From a virus (taxonomy: Duplodnaviria; Caudoviricetes): 64,000 bases of DNA. The stretch spans positions 10,147-74,146 of IMG/VR virus record IMGVR_UViG_2881096153_000005; one strand, written 5' to 3'. The notes beneath the pieces are model-generated. The model worked only from the letters and a program-made list of their open reading frames with translations. It made no database searches and was not told the origin of the DNA. The position numbers and the translations under genes are program-made. Below, in pieces: positions 62,780 through 64,000 of this stretch (position 1 is its first letter; every line of letters begins with the position of its first letter).

Positions 62780-64000
62780 CTATTTTTCTTCATCCGTACC
62801 GTATACAAGTTTTGCGAACGCATCATTTTCGGCTCGCTCAGCAGCTGCAAAATAATTTTCCGTAACGCTTACGCTCGAATGGTCGAGTGCTTCGCTCACG
62901 GCATAAACATCGCGCGATTCTTGCCGGGCGATTTCAGCAAAACTATGCCTGGCCACGTGCATGGAAAAAGGTTTTAAGCCTGCATTCGTTGCGATTTTTT
63001 TTAGGTTTTTCGTAACAATGGAATTCAGCCTCGATGTGATCTTAAACCATTCGTCCTGGGTGTACCGATCTGGCGTCTTTCCTTTCAATAAAGGGAAAAC
63101 ATAGTCGGTGGGTTTTTGTCCTGGAATCCGGTAATAATCCAAAATTTCAGCAGCTCGTTTGTGCAGAAGAATACTCCTACCCTTACCCGTTTTGCGCGCA
63201 ACATAGAAGAAACGGTCATTGCTGATCTGCGCCCAGGTAATTTGTATTACGTCCGCGAAACGAACTCCCTGCATATAGAAGGAGAAAAGAAATATGTTTT
63301 TGGCGTGAAAGGCATTAATCCCTTCCCGTACCTCGTGTTTGTAGAGAATTTCAATCTCCTCTTTGCTGAGCTTAACCCGGCTGGACCGCTGCTTTTTGAG
63401 CCGGATCATGTCAAATGGATTACCTGATTCAGGCTGAAACTGTCCGGACTCAACCGCTTCATTATATATACCCCGCAGTTTGGAAAAATTGGATTGAATC
63501 GTATTGGCACCATTGCCAAGTTTCACAAGATGTTGGCGGTACCGGTTCAAGAAAACGTGGTCGATTTCGCCAAAACGTAGATCTTCCTGTTTTAGGTAAT
63601 CTTTTAGCTTCTTGATAACTGAGGTTTGCCCTGCTCTGGACGCAGCGCTGTCAAGCTCGGCAATATGGGCGTACGCAAAGTTAAAGAAGCTGTCGCCCAG
63701 GATCTGTTTCTTAACCTTTTTGAGGAGTTCGTGTGGTGTCGAAATACGGCCTGCAATCGTTGTTTTCATATATGCCTGCTCAAACTCCAATTTCTTAGCT
63801 TTGAGCACTGAATTTTTCTGCGCAGCCTGTTTATCGGTTCGCCTGACTTCCTCTTTTTCCGGATTCCAGTCGCGTTCTAAAACGCTTATTCCCGTTGATT
63901 CGCGTTTGAGTTTTTTGTTTTGTGTGATCCGGAGCATGACATTTTTTGTGCCATCCTTCCGGACATAGCTGTTCAGCTCGAAGTGGAAGGTAATATTCAT
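62780..64000 (-). CDS. int: Tyrosine integrase (copy B)
   Basis: Same catalytic motifs as copy A (GVRFADV, HVARHSF, LDHSS, TENYF), with long identical peptide blocks. ATG is at the very last bases of the window. Confidence 0.93.
   Translation of the reverse strand: MNITFHFELNSYVRKDGTKNVMLRITQNKKLKRESTGISVLERDWNPEKEEVRRTDKQAAQKNSVLKAKKLEFEQAYMKTTIAGRISTPHELLKKVKKQILGDSFFNFAYAHIAELDSAASRAGQTSVIKKLKDYLKQEDLRFGEIDHVFLNRYRQHLVKLGNGANTIQSNFSKLRGIYNEAVESGQFQPESGNPFDMIRLKKQRSSRVKLSKEEIEILYKHEVREGINAFHAKNIFLFSFYMQGVRFADVIQITWAQISNDRFFYVARKTGKGRSILLHKRAAEILDYYRIPGQKPTDYVFPLLKGKTPDRYTQDEWFKITSRLNSIVTKNLKKIATNAGLKPFSMHVARHSFAEIARQESRDVYAVSEALDHSSVSVTENYFAAAERAENDAFAKLVYGTDEEK

Larger units (their letters stand above)
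18174..64000. mobile_element. Prophage B (long-tailed temperate phage, about 46 kb, right end just outside window)
   Basis: Contains repressor, replication, protease, capsid, tube, terminase, portal, tape measure, holin, lysin and integrase genes. Confidence 0.92.

Overview
Bacteroidota-type (probably Cytophagales; inferred from promoter style and protein families) accessory region with two related temperate-phage elements in tandem. Left (1-10.2 kb): defence-type cargo, comprising the end of a UvrD-like helicase, a type III restriction-modification pair, a SIR2-like protein, small membrane/lipoprotein genes and a serine recombinase. Next (10.3-18.1 kb) is element A, which in this window has only an intact tape-measure gene, one tail gene, one orphan and a tyrosine integrase. 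An attP-like junction (about 18.04-18.27 kb) joins it to prophage B (about 18.2 kb to past 64 kb). B appears nearly complete: repressor switch, replication gene, S49 protease, capsid, tail tube, terminase, portal, tape measure, lysis genes and a second integrase. B also carries a ParB/glycosyltransferase pair, a duplicated-promoter cassette with SymE, a tandemly duplicated EcoRI-family methyltransferase with a DUF262-HNH nuclease, and a secreted glycoside hydrolase. The most notable non-coding signals are a ~140-nt highly paired RNA with a potential pseudoknot (34073-34212), two covarying tRNA-like mini-modules before the replication gene (22286-22545), and a GTCCT-anchored promoter-like motif coupled to inverted repeats before seven late units. 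All family calls come from motif recognition by eye; no searches or folding programs were run.
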